DNA of 64,000 nt from the sequence record MN091626.1; one strand, written 5' to 3'. The notes beneath the pieces are model-generated. The model was not told where the DNA came from, did not search any database, and saw only the letters and a program-made list of their open reading frames with translations. The position numbers were made by a program, and so were the translations under genes. Of this stretch, positions 49,759 through 59,798 are shown one piece after another; position 1 is the stretch's first letter; every line of letters begins with the position of its first letter.

Positions 49759-51296
49759 AAGTAAAATACTCACAAACAAAATTATTGGTAAGAGGAGCAT
49801 TTAGATCAGATGAAATTATCAACGTAGTTGGTGATGGCGGAATTGGTAAAACACAAATGATGAGAGATATTGCAGAAGAAGATAATATGAACTTCATTAC
49901 TATCGCTGCAAATAACCTTAAAGAAGGGGAATTATCTTTACCAATGTTATCACAAAAAGATAATGAAGTTATCTATGCTCCAATGGATAAAATTAAGTTA
50001 GCTAATAGTCTTTTTGAGAGATATAAAGAGTATCAAAGAGAAGGTGGAAAACAATATTCACGTAAAGACCTTTCTTTAAAATCTGTTGATGAATTAAAAG
50101 AAATTTATGTGAAATTGACTGGTAAAGATGTTGTTGATTATTATGAGGATACTCATGAAAACTATGTTAATAAAGTATTTAACAAAGCTAGAGTTAAAAA
50201 TGTTAAATATAGTAAAAATGATTTAATGAAAAAATCATTTGATGAATTAAATGAAATCTTTGTAGAATTAACTGGTAAAGAATTAAGAGATAAAATTGGT
50301 AAAGGTTTCTATATCAAAGAAATTTTAGAAGCAGTTCCAAGACCTTATACTCTATTATTTATTGACGAAATTGGACGTACAGACCAACAAGTACAATCAG
50401 AGTTAATGAACTTCTTATTAGAACGTCAAGTAAATGGTTATCATTTACCACCTAACGTTAAGATTGCATTAGCACAAAACCCATCTTCAGACATGCCAGG
50501 ATTTGAAGACTCAGAATACGCAGCAACTTCTATGGATAACGCAGTAAGTTCTCGTATTACATTTGTACACATGGTTCCTGATATTGAAAGTTGGGTAGAC
50601 TTTGCTACTAAATATAAAGATGGTTCAGAAAAGCAAAATATTCATCCATCTATTGTTGAGTTCGTAACTGAAAAAGAAAGTACTGAATATTTATTCAGAC
50701 CTCATAAAGAAGCTGGTAAAGACTTCAATGATACTAACCCACGTTCTTGGGAAATGATTTCTAATATGTTATATGTATTAGAAGAAGATGATTTATTTAA
50801 ATTCTCTAATAGTGAAGAAGAGAAACGTAAGAAGAAAGATACTTTACAATTCTTCACTGAAGGTAAAATTAATAGTGATTTAGCAAACTTATTTGTTAAA
50901 TTCTATATTGAAAAACAAGCTAAATTACCTCGTCCAAGTGATATTTTATTTGAATATGATAAAGGTAAAATGGTTCCTCGTAAAGAATTAGCTAAACAAC
51001 ACATTGAAGCTATTGAAAGTCAATCAACTATTAGACAATTAACATTGAAAACTTCAATGATTAACTATCTTAAAAATAATCCTGATTTAGCTGAAGAACA
51101 AGTTATTCAAATTGCTGTAGAAGCTTTATTATTAGGTAAAGTTGAAACTAATGCTACACCAATTAGATTAATTTCTAGACTTTCAGAATCTACTGAAGAG
51201 TCAGACCAAGAATTATATGAGAAATTCACTGATAATGAATTATACAGTGATAAAGCATTTGCATTATACGAACAAATGGTAGGAAGCTTAGGATAA
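49752..51296 (+). CDS. MoxR-like AAA+ ATPase
   Basis: Walker A GDGGIGKT, Walker B LLFIDEIGR, 'IALAQNP', 'MDNAVSSR', 'NPRSWE'; ATG 49752 preferred on RBS spacing. Confidence 0.88.
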   Translation: MAKVKYSQTKLLVRGAFRSDEIINVVGDGGIGKTQMMRDIAEEDNMNFITIAANNLKEGELSLPMLSQKDNEVIYAPMDKIKLANSLFERYKEYQREGGKQYSRKDLSLKSVDELKEIYVKLTGKDVVDYYEDTHENYVNKVFNKARVKNVKYSKNDLMKKSFDELNEIFVELTGKELRDKIGKGFYIKEILEAVPRPYTLLFIDEIGRTDQQVQSELMNFLLERQVNGYHLPPNVKIALAQNPSSDMPGFEDSEYAATSMDNAVSSRITFVHMVPDIESWVDFATKYKDGSEKQNIHPSIVEFVTEKESTEYLFRPHKEAGKDFNDTNPRSWEMISNMLYVLEEDDLFKFSNSEEEKRKKKDTLQFFTEGKINSDLANLFVKFYIEKQAKLPRPSDILFEYDKGKMVPRKELAKQHIEAIESQSTIRQLTLKTSMINYLKNNPDLAEEQVIQIAVEALLLGKVETNATPIRLISRLSESTEESDQELYEKFTDNELYSDKAFALYEQMVGSLG

Positions 51297-51304
51297 CAAT
51301 TATA

Positions 51305-51333
51305 GATAATGGAGATTATTAGTCTCCATTATC
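51305..51333 (+). terminator. Hairpin between AAA and VWA genes
   Basis: gataatggagat / gtctccattatc followed by a T-rich run. Confidence 0.65.
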
Positions 51334-51360
51334 TTCATTTATTTTTTTATAATTAGGAGA

Positions 51361-53298
51361 GTGAATTTGATAATGAATGATAATAGAACAATTAAAGTAA
51401 TTAGAAAAGAAATATTAGACGAAGTACAAGAATCGATTGTAAATGATAGACAGTTAGATAAAAAGAAATTAACAAAGCTTGGAGAAGAATTAATTGAAAA
51501 TAGTATTTTTGTGTTGTATACTTCTGATGTTGATATTTATGGAGTAATGTTAATGACTGTAGAAAAGATCATTGACATTGAAATTCCAGAACCAACTTTC
51601 TCAGTATTTGATGAAGAAAAAGGTTATAAGATTGGTATTAATCCAGTGTTATTAGCCACTATGGTTGATAAAGATGAAGAAATAGTTTCTATGTTCCTAC
51701 ATGAAGTTATCCATGTAGCTCATGGACATTTAATTGAATTTAGAATGTTAAGAAATAAAGAAGATTCTCAATTAAAAATGTTAAGTCACTTAGGAATGGA
51801 TTTATCAGTATTTGAAATTGAAGAAGACTTCCAATTAGGTAAACGTGAAGCTAATACAAGTAAAAAAGTTTTACCTGAAATTGCACCTAATGTAGATAAG
51901 ATTGAAAAGTATATTCAAGATAAATTTAATAAAACAAATTTTAAATTAAATCATAATGATGCTTCTCACTATTATATTAAACAATTAGTAGATATCTACA
52001 AAGAAAATAATGAAGAAGATATGTTTGATTCTATGGGTGAATCTATGCAAAATATGATTCAAGAATCTTCAGAAAAACAGAATGAACGTGATGAAGATTC
52101 ATTGAATGAAGAAAATGAAATGTTGAAAGACATGTTAGAAGATTTAAAAGACATTGAAGATAAAAATGATTTATCTAGTAAATTAGAAGATAATAAACTA
52201 GAAGAAAACAAAGTTGATGATTTTGAAAATAAAGCTCAAGATTATATGAATAAATTAGATGAAATGAATCAAAATGATGAAGAGAATAGTAATGATACTC
52301 AAAATCAGAAAAATATAGAAGAGAAAATGAATGATTTACTAGATTCAATGAGAAATAATACTTCAGATAATAAATTTAATAGTAAAGATAATAATGATTT
52401 ATCTGATAAAATACAAGAAATGAAATCAGATATATTAAATCAAATGATTCAGAATAATATGCAACAGGGTTCTCAAGGTATGCAAGGTGAAGATAGTGGA
52501 ATGCAAGATGGACAAAATGTTTCTGATATGGGAAGTAACATGACTATGTCATCTTCTTTAGATGGAAATTCTAAATATGCAGATAAATTTGATTCCAATC
52601 CTCTTGAAGGAGATGCTACAGAGGAAAGAATGAAAGACCAATTGTATGATTTATTAGAAAGTGCTAGTAGTAATAGTCGTGGTGATACACCTAATCATAT
52701 TAAAGAACAAATTGAAATTCTAAAACGTAAACCTAAGATTAAATGGCAAGATTATCTTAAAGCTAAAGTAGGTAAAAAACGTTCTTCTAGTACGAAAACT
52801 ATTTTAAGAAGAAATAGAAGACAACCTTATCGTAGTGATGTACGTGGAACTTTACCTGGTAGAAAATTAGGTAAAGTATTTGCGGCTATTGACACTTCAG
52901 GTTCAATGGGTAGAAATGAAATTGAAGAAATTATTGCTGAATTGTATTATATTAGTAGTGATATGAAAATTGATTTAGTTTTATTATTCTTCTCAACTGG
53001 TGTTGAAGAAGTAGTTGAAGTAAACAGACCAAATCAATTTAATGATTATGTAATGGGTCGTGGCGGAACTTACTTCAGTTCTGTATTTGATTTCTTAAAT
53101 GAAACTGATAACAAACGTAAATATTCAGTATCAAAAGATGATACGCTATTATTCTTCTCAGATGGTTTTGGAGAACCTGAGGTGGAATACGGTGTATTAA
53201 CTGATGTTGTTTGGGTTATTACTGAAGATGAAAATAATCTTTCAGTTAGAGATCCAAAAGGTAAAGTACTAAAATTAGAAATAGATAATAAAAGATAA
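51361..53298 (+). CDS. DUF2201-like HExxH metallopeptidase + acidic linker + VWA domain
   Basis: 'FLHEVIHVAHGH'; MIDAS 'IDTSGSMG', 'GRGGT', 'FFSDG'; true start probably TTG 51367 or ATG 51373. Confidence 0.85.
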   Translation: MNLIMNDNRTIKVIRKEILDEVQESIVNDRQLDKKKLTKLGEELIENSIFVLYTSDVDIYGVMLMTVEKIIDIEIPEPTFSVFDEEKGYKIGINPVLLATMVDKDEEIVSMFLHEVIHVAHGHLIEFRMLRNKEDSQLKMLSHLGMDLSVFEIEEDFQLGKREANTSKKVLPEIAPNVDKIEKYIQDKFNKTNFKLNHNDASHYYIKQLVDIYKENNEEDMFDSMGESMQNMIQESSEKQNERDEDSLNEENEMLKDMLEDLKDIEDKNDLSSKLEDNKLEENKVDDFENKAQDYMNKLDEMNQNDEENSNDTQNQKNIEEKMNDLLDSMRNNTSDNKFNSKDNNDLSDKIQEMKSDILNQMIQNNMQQGSQGMQGEDSGMQDGQNVSDMGSNMTMSSSLDGNSKYADKFDSNPLEGDATEERMKDQLYDLLESASSNSRGDTPNHIKEQIEILKRKPKIKWQDYLKAKVGKKRSSSTKTILRRNRRQPYRSDVRGTLPGRKLGKVFAAIDTSGSMGRNEIEEIIAELYYISSDMKIDLVLLFFSTGVEEVVEVNRPNQFNDYVMGRGGTYFSSVFDFLNETDNKRKYSVSKDDTLLFFSDGFGEPEVEYGVLTDVVWVITEDENNLSVRDPKGKVLKLEIDNKR

Positions 53299-53306
53299 TT
53301 CAAATT

Positions 53307-53338
53307 ACGTCAATGGATATTAATTTATCCATTGACGT
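53307..53338 (+). terminator. Intrinsic terminator/hairpin
   Basis: acgtcaatggata / tatccattgacgt. Confidence 0.7.
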
Positions 53339-53375
53339 TTATATTTAAAATTTTTTACTTAAAGGAGATTAAACA

Positions 53376-55439
53376 ATGTTAAAAAAGACTACAGAAAATG
53401 AATTAGAAAAGTTATTCAATGTCACTATTTATAATGAAGAATTTTCTAATTTAAAACCTATGTATAATAGAAAAGATACTGAAACTAGAACTAAATTAAA
53501 TGACAATCAAAATTCTAGAGTGTATGAGAATTTAATAAATTTCATTAATTATTCTAAAGCAGGAATGACACACATGTTTTTAACTCGTTCTAATAAATAT
53601 AGAGATAAATATATTGATTTTCTAAGAAATAGACTTGGTAAGGAAGATTTATTAGATGAGGTTGAATTTGAATATACAGATAGATATTTCAGATCTTTCA
53701 TATATAATATAGATATAATTAGAAGAAGTGAATATCAAACACATCAATCTATAGAAAATGACTCTAAATTAGAAGATTCATTCTTATTAAGAAATGGAAA
53801 TACAAATATAGATAGCTTTAAAACGGATAATGGTTTATCTATAGAATTTTTAGATAAAGATGTAAAGAAAGATTTTTTAGATAAGAACAAACAAATTAGT
53901 TTAGAATCTTTGCTAGCTATCGATACGATGGTGTCTAATTCATTAAGAAAGAAATGGTTAAAATCAATTGAAAAAGAAGAATTACCTGATATGAATATTA
54001 TATTTAAAGAAGTTCCAGAAGTAGTAATTATACTAGCAAACAGTATATATGAAAGATCAAATTTCAAATTATCATATGTAGATAGAAGTGTTATTAATAT
54101 ACACGCAGACGTTTCAGATGTTTTGGAATCAATACTAACTTTAACTTCTAATTTTAATTATAAATTAATATTAGATTTAATAGATGAAGATTACTTAAGT
54201 AAAAATTTAAATCATTTCAAAGCTTCTGAATTTTCTTTATCTGACAATAATGACATTGATAATATATTTAGTATAATCGGAATTATTAAAAAACAAACGG
54301 ACGTTATTAATAAATTTATAGAAAAAAGCAAATCAGATAATCTAGAAGACAATATTAATTTAATAATTAAAGAAAATGAAATAGATGATGACTTTGGAGA
54401 AATATTAAAAGTTTATATTGATAGTGTATTATCTAAATTTAGAGAATATATTGAAGATGATACCAATATATTAAAAGATTCATCTAAGGTTTTAATAGGT
54501 GAAAATCTATTTGGTTTCTTTATGAAATTAGATGATCTCGAAATTTTAATGATTAGAAATATATACAGAGTTTTAGATAGTAATGTATATAATCCTGTAA
54601 TCAGAGATGTTAAAGAATCACAAGAAAAAGTTATGAATGGAATAGTAGATTATTTTAAAAATAATACTAAAAAATTATCTTTAGATTTATCTAATATCGA
54701 TATAAGTAGATTGAAAGATAGTTCTTTCACATTATTAAACGATTTCATAACAAATGGAGAAGTAAGTAATCTTCGTATGAAACCTAATGAAGCTAATATA
54801 GAGTATTTCTATAAATTAAGTGTGGATAAAGAATTAAACCGTGACATATTAAATAGTAATATACAATATATGAAACAGGAATTATTAAAAGGTTTTAATG
54901 ATGATTCTAAAATGACTTCGAATGCTATTATTGAATTTGATAATTTTAATATTAATTTTGCTGTAATAGAAAATAATTCATATAATAATGAAATAGAAAT
55001 AATGATGCAAGGAGTTACTTTTAAGAAAAAATTAACTGATGAGGATATTGCTACTATCTTTTTATATTCACATAAAGAAGTTAGTATATATCAAGACAAA
55101 AAATTAGTTATCATGGATAGAAATTATTTCTCTAGAAGAGGTATAAATAAATTTATAAATAATATGAATAATGTCTTCACTGATTTAGATGGAGAAAGTT
55201 TATCTAAATATATGTCTTTAATTTATAATTTATTATCTTTATCAGATAATTCTTTTGAGGAAGATAAAGCAATTTATAATACTCTATATTACAATAAATT
55301 TGAATATATTAATAAAGAAAATGAGTTAAAAGTTGATAGTTATATTAATATGATTAATAATAAAGATGTAACAGATGATTTTAAAAAGAAATTTAAAAAG
55401 GTAAGATCTAAGTATTTAGTTTCTAGAATATTTATTTAA
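53376..55439 (+). CDS. Hypothetical 687-aa accessory protein
   Basis: AAGGAG RBS; ends LVSRIFI; no family recognised. Confidence 0.65.
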   Translation: MLKKTTENELEKLFNVTIYNEEFSNLKPMYNRKDTETRTKLNDNQNSRVYENLINFINYSKAGMTHMFLTRSNKYRDKYIDFLRNRLGKEDLLDEVEFEYTDRYFRSFIYNIDIIRRSEYQTHQSIENDSKLEDSFLLRNGNTNIDSFKTDNGLSIEFLDKDVKKDFLDKNKQISLESLLAIDTMVSNSLRKKWLKSIEKEELPDMNIIFKEVPEVVIILANSIYERSNFKLSYVDRSVINIHADVSDVLESILTLTSNFNYKLILDLIDEDYLSKNLNHFKASEFSLSDNNDIDNIFSIIGIIKKQTDVINKFIEKSKSDNLEDNINLIIKENEIDDDFGEILKVYIDSVLSKFREYIEDDTNILKDSSKVLIGENLFGFFMKLDDLEILMIRNIYRVLDSNVYNPVIRDVKESQEKVMNGIVDYFKNNTKKLSLDLSNIDISRLKDSSFTLLNDFITNGEVSNLRMKPNEANIEYFYKLSVDKELNRDILNSNIQYMKQELLKGFNDDSKMTSNAIIEFDNFNINFAVIENNSYNNEIEIMMQGVTFKKKLTDEDIATIFLYSHKEVSIYQDKKLVIMDRNYFSRRGINKFINNMNNVFTDLDGESLSKYMSLIYNLLSLSDNSFEEDKAIYNTLYYNKFEYINKENELKVDSYINMINNKDVTDDFKKKFKKVRSKYLVSRIFI

Positions 55440-55441
55440 AT

Positions 55442-55486
55442 ATATATTATATAATTGAGTTGATAATTGAACTTATCAACTCAATT
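55442..55486 (+). promoter_or_regulatory. Early-type ATATATTAT motif followed by 14-bp leader hairpin
   Basis: atatattat 55442-55450; aattgagttgataa / ttatcaactcaatt; then AGGAG RBS. Confidence 0.55.
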
Positions 55487-55511
55487 TAATTTTTAATTAA
55501 TAGGAGATGAA

Positions 55512-56699
55512 ATGGATATGAGTAAAGCAATAAAAGATTTATTTATCAATTACAATATATCTTATATTGAAGTTAATGAAGATCATGAACTTAATGAAAT
55601 TGATAAAGAAGAATTATTAAAAATATTAGATTTTGATATTAAATTTGAAAAGGAAGAAATTTTAATAAGTGATAATATTAAAATAAATAATTTTAACGGT
55701 AATAAGTTAATAAATTTTGTATTTAATTATTACTATACAGATAATGAATCACTAAAAGTATTTTTAAAAGACGTTATCAAAGATATTATTATGTATGGAT
55801 ATAAAGAAGATAGAAAAATAAGTCTAAATATAAATCAATTACCTTTAGTATTTTATATAAATAAATTTTGTAAAGATAATGACATTAAAAATATTAAATT
55901 CTTTTATACTTTTAAAAATTCTTATGGGAATTTTTCATTTGGTTTATTAAAAGAAGAACATCTAGATGAATTTATTGATGATATAGAAGAAATAAGCAAT
56001 AATAAGTTCTTCAATTTAAATAGAGAATTTTTAGATACTAAATTATTGATTAATGGAGATAAAAAGAAATTTATGAAGCTAATATCTAGTTTAATAGATT
56101 TGGATATGTCGCATAAGAGTAATATATTTAAATTAACAATGATAAATTATTTTTATAAATTATTCAATATTCATATTAATAGTAAAGAAGATTTAGAGTA
56201 TGCAGATGAATTAATGAAGTCTAAAATAGATAGCGTTAAATATGATGAATTTAATAAATACTATATATTTGAAAGATCCATAATTGGTATAGATACATTA
56301 TATGAAAATGAACTCCTAGGATACAATACAAGAATAAACCATAATTATTTTACTGATAAAATACAAAAAGTTGAGGATGAAGATAAAGTTAAACATCTTT
56401 CAAAAATCAGTTTCTTTAAATCAATAGATGACATTTATAAAGAAGCATTATTCTTGTTATCCTTTGAAACAGCCAATGAATATACAGACATTGCAGTTAA
56501 AGAAGTATTAAGATTAATTGAAAATAATTTTACAGAAAATCAGAAAAAACAATTTGTTAAAGCATATATGAGTATCAAAGATAGTTCATTTAACGTTTCA
56601 AATGATAAATATAATCAAACATCTACACTTGTTAAAATGTCTAAAGGAAAATTAAAGAAATTAATTATGAATGAAACAGTTAAAAAGACATTTATTTAA
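55512..56699 (+). CDS. Hypothetical accessory protein
   Basis: AGGAG RBS; ends TVKKTFI. Confidence 0.65.
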   Translation: MDMSKAIKDLFINYNISYIEVNEDHELNEIDKEELLKILDFDIKFEKEEILISDNIKINNFNGNKLINFVFNYYYTDNESLKVFLKDVIKDIIMYGYKEDRKISLNINQLPLVFYINKFCKDNDIKNIKFFYTFKNSYGNFSFGLLKEEHLDEFIDDIEEISNNKFFNLNREFLDTKLLINGDKKKFMKLISSLIDLDMSHKSNIFKLTMINYFYKLFNIHINSKEDLEYADELMKSKIDSVKYDEFNKYYIFERSIIGIDTLYENELLGYNTRINHNYFTDKIQKVEDEDKVKHLSKISFFKSIDDIYKEALFLLSFETANEYTDIAVKEVLRLIENNFTENQKKQFVKAYMSIKDSSFNVSNDKYNQTSTLVKMSKGKLKKLIMNETVKKTFI

Positions 56700-56713
56700 A
56701 GGAGAATCCGCTT

Positions 56714-57427
56714 ATGTTAGTTAAAGAAGAAAAATTAAAAAATAGAAATGATATTAGAATAGACCATATTATAAGTATTAATTTAGATGATCCTTCTGCA
56801 CTTAATATGGTTTCATTTCAATTATTAATAGAAAGTAATATTCTGAGTTGTTATATTAATAACAACTTGGATACTACTTTATTTACTAAAAAAGAATTAG
56901 ATAAATATAATAAATTCATAGATTTTGCTATTGATAATTTTGAATCAAATGGATTATTTATAAATAAAAAACCGGATGAATTTCTAACTGGTTTAATAAG
57001 AAAAGCTTCTATTTCTAGATTATTTAAAATGATTGATCCAATTGATAAAACTATCAGTAATGAAAATTTATTTATCACTAGATTAAAAAATATTAGACAT
57101 AATATAAATGAAACAGATAGTAAAGATTTAGCTTATTTCTTATACACCAACTTTAGAGAAGATGTTCCGTTAGATAGATTAAAAGGTTTAATGTCCAATC
57201 CACATTTAACATCATTATTTGAGTATTTAATGAATGGCAATTTAATAATGGAGATTGACGAGCAATTATTAAATAAATGGATTATGTTTATTGATTATGA
57301 AATAGATGATATTAAAGGACCTATTTATCATAGATTAAGACATAGTTTAGTTAATGTAATTAATAAGTATAATAATATACAAGAAGCTAAAGGTTATTTA
57401 GGGTATGAAAGATTAGAATTAGAATAA
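56714..57427 (+). CDS. Hypothetical accessory protein
   Basis: AAGGAG RBS; ends GYERLELE; a relic of its 3' end recurs at 58754-58818. Confidence 0.65.
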   Translation: MLVKEEKLKNRNDIRIDHIISINLDDPSALNMVSFQLLIESNILSCYINNNLDTTLFTKKELDKYNKFIDFAIDNFESNGLFINKKPDEFLTGLIRKASISRLFKMIDPIDKTISNENLFITRLKNIRHNINETDSKDLAYFLYTNFREDVPLDRLKGLMSNPHLTSLFEYLMNGNLIMEIDEQLLNKWIMFIDYEIDDIKGPIYHRLRHSLVNVINKYNNIQEAKGYLGYERLELE

Positions 57428-57460
57428 ACTTAAAAAGTTTAGTGAGAAGGGAAATTTTGA

Positions 57461-58120
57461 ATGAAAAAATTTAGAGATGAATTAATAAATCACTATACAA
57501 ATTTATTGAGATTCAACGATGATTCTTTTTATTATAGATTAAAAATTAATTATTTGAATTTCGATTTCTCTAAAGATGTAAATTTAAGAAAAAATAATGT
57601 GTTTAAATTAAATTATAAAATCAGCTTTTTCCTATATTTTAAAATTTTAATAAAAGATTTTATTTCAAATAATTTAGATGAAAATGGTGTATCATTATTA
57701 TTTTCAGATAGTGTTAATAATAATAATTTTATTTCTACATTATTTGTTAAAAATAATTCTGATATTGAATTGAAACTAGATTTGGGTGCGTATTATGAAC
57801 TAGATGAAACTAAAATAGTTCTAATAGATTTAAATGAAGAGTTTAATATAGAATATTCAGATGATAGTATTATAATTCATACAGATGAAGATAATTTTGA
57901 AAATGTAGTTTATTCTATTCTAAACAAAATCAAATTCGTCTTAGAAGGAAATATATATGCATTTAGCATATCTTTATTTGGCAATGGAAAAATAGGAGAT
58001 AGTAATATATTTTATTTAGAAGAGATTGAAAATATATTTAACTCTAGAAAAAATAGTATAATTGAAGAGCTTTCTGAAAGTGAAGTTAAAAAATATAAAA
58101 TCAAAGAAGGGTTCAAATAG
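57461..58120 (+). CDS. Hypothetical accessory protein with C-terminal tag
   Basis: Ends KIKEGFK. Confidence 0.6.
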   Translation: MKKFRDELINHYTNLLRFNDDSFYYRLKINYLNFDFSKDVNLRKNNVFKLNYKISFFLYFKILIKDFISNNLDENGVSLLFSDSVNNNNFISTLFVKNNSDIELKLDLGAYYELDETKIVLIDLNEEFNIEYSDDSIIIHTDEDNFENVVYSILNKIKFVLEGNIYAFSISLFGNGKIGDSNIFYLEEIENIFNSRKNSIIEELSESEVKKYKIKEGFK

Positions 58121-58122
58121 TA

Positions 58123-58734
58123 ATGGGTGATATTAAATTTAATGAAGAATATATGTCAGTTAAAATTTATAAGTTAATTAATTTGTTTGAGTTTCAACAA
58201 ACAACTCGTAAAAGAGCATTTTCAAACCATAATTCTGAAAGTGATGAAAATGAGCTTAATATGTATATAGGTAAAAATGACAATAAAAATATGATTGACA
58301 TTTTTACTAGTTCTTTCTTTTTATACAATCAATTTAAAGATGTTTGCAGTTTAGTATTTAACAATGGTAATACTATTATTGCAGAAATTGAGATATTAAA
58401 TAAAAATAAATTGTCAATTGAAATTAATTCAGAAATCTTAATTGTTGATAGTGAAATTAAAAATTTCATTATCAAAAATGATTTTAGTGTAGGAGATGGC
58501 TTCTTAGGCTTAATTATTGAAAATGATAAAGAAAAAATTCTTAAATTATTTTTAGAATCATTGTCTGATAGTTATTTTTGGATAAACAAGAAAAGAAGTT
58601 TAAATATATCTGATTCTAAAAAAATTAAATTTAAAAAATATTTAGAAGATTTATATAAAATGAAAGATTTTTATAGTAAAGAAATCACTGAAAAAGAATA
58701 TAAAGAAAATATAGTAAAAGATAATTTCAAATAA
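58123..58734 (+). CDS. Hypothetical accessory protein, paralog of 58826
   Basis: C-term LEDLYKMKDFYSKEITEKEYKENIVKDNFK. Confidence 0.65.
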   Translation: MGDIKFNEEYMSVKIYKLINLFEFQQTTRKRAFSNHNSESDENELNMYIGKNDNKNMIDIFTSSFFLYNQFKDVCSLVFNNGNTIIAEIEILNKNKLSIEINSEILIVDSEIKNFIIKNDFSVGDGFLGLIIENDKEKILKLFLESLSDSYFWINKKRSLNISDSKKIKFKKYLEDLYKMKDFYSKEITEKEYKENIVKDNFK

Positions 58735-58753
58735 TATAATCCCAATACTTATT

Positions 58754-58818
58754 AATGTAATTAACAAATTTAAAAGATTAAAGATTATTTAGATTACGAA
58801 AGATTAGAACTGGAGTGA
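58754..58818 (+). pseudogene. Frameshifted relic of the 3' end of a 56714-like gene
   Basis: aatgtaattaacaaa...tatttagattacgaaagattagaactggagtga aligns to 57353-57427 with a net 10-nt deletion (NVINK...YL.YERLELE*). Confidence 0.75.
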
Positions 58819-58825
58819 TATTTTA

Positions 58826-59467
58826 ATGGAAGAGATTTATCTTGATAAAAGATTTGATAGTGAATATTTTAAAATAAAAACTAGAGATATGATAAACTCT
58901 GTAAAATTTACTAAAGAACCAAACTTTGATTTAATTATAAATAACCGTAAAGAAGAAAAAATTTTATATACTAAAAATGACAGTATTAGAAATCTATTTA
59001 TTGAATCTTTTATCTTGTATTTAAATAATATTACAGACGTTTATACATTTAGTATATCAATCAGTAATATTAAGTTAATTTTTAGTTTAAGATACAATCA
59101 TACGAATAAAGATACCAAATTTTTAATTTATATAATAGAAAATGATAAATTTAATTATGAAAAAGATGTATCTGAATTAGAAAAAATATTAAATGACATA
59201 TCTTCTTTAGTAAATAAAGAATACTATATATCTAAAGGTAGTTTTATAATAGACTATTTAGATATAGAAAAAATTGATAAGATATTGTATTACATTAATA
59301 AATTAGATGATCTTCGTATAATGTTAGATGATTCAGAAAAAGAAGGAAAATCGTATTTAAGTTACAACTCTTTTCTTAAAGAACTTTATTTAAAAAGAAA
59401 CTTATATTCTAAAAGTATTACTAAAAAGGAATATACTGATAATTTAGTTAAAGAAAATTTTAAATAA
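58826..59467 (+). CDS. Hypothetical accessory protein, paralog of 58123
   Basis: C-term LKELYLKRNLYSKSITKKEYTDNLVKENFK. Confidence 0.65.
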   Translation: MEEIYLDKRFDSEYFKIKTRDMINSVKFTKEPNFDLIINNRKEEKILYTKNDSIRNLFIESFILYLNNITDVYTFSISISNIKLIFSLRYNHTNKDTKFLIYIIENDKFNYEKDVSELEKILNDISSLVNKEYYISKGSFIIDYLDIEKIDKILYYINKLDDLRIMLDDSEKEGKSYLSYNSFLKELYLKRNLYSKSITKKEYTDNLVKENFK

Positions 59468-59471
59468 TATA

Positions 59472-59506
59472 ATCCCAATACCTATTACATCAATAGGTAT
59501 TGGGAT
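59472..59506. terminator. Bidirectional terminator
   Basis: atcccaatacctatt / aataggtattgggat between convergent genes. Confidence 0.85.
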
Positions 59507-59522
59507 AAATTTAAATTATTTT

Positions 59523-59798
59523 TTATTTCATGCTGTCTAATTCAGCTAATTTTAATTTAGCTTTAGTTGCATATTTTTGACGAATTATGTCACGCCATTT
59601 TTTACGAGCACGAGCAGCTTTTTGATATTTAAAGTAAATTGGATCTTGAGCTTCTTTAGCTGCAACTAATGCTAATTGGTTTAATCTACGTTTACGTTTA
59701 GTACGTTCATCTAAACGCATGATATTTTGTTCACGTAAAAGAGCTTCATCAGTTGCTTGCATAATTTGCTCTTCTAGTGGAGTAATGTTATTTTTCAT
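59523..59798 (-). CDS. Small basic, highly expressed helical protein (possibly virion)
   Basis: High-expression codons (cgt, gct); AAAGGAAG RBS supports ATG 59798; near-consensus late promoter AACA-TATTTC-TT at 59860-59849. Confidence 0.65.
   Translation of the reverse strand: MKNNITPLEEQIMQATDEALLREQNIMRLDERTKRKRRLNQLALVAAKEAQDPIYFKYQKAARARKKWRDIIRQKYATKAKLKLAELDSMK

Noticed and set aside
2680-57078. Many short nested/antisense ORFs in the track (e.g. 2680, 7063, 7316, 8364, 12523, 18264, 22959, 29980, 38436, 53744, 56851)
   Set aside because: They shadow long real genes, lack RBSs and reflect codon bias on the opposite strand or frame.
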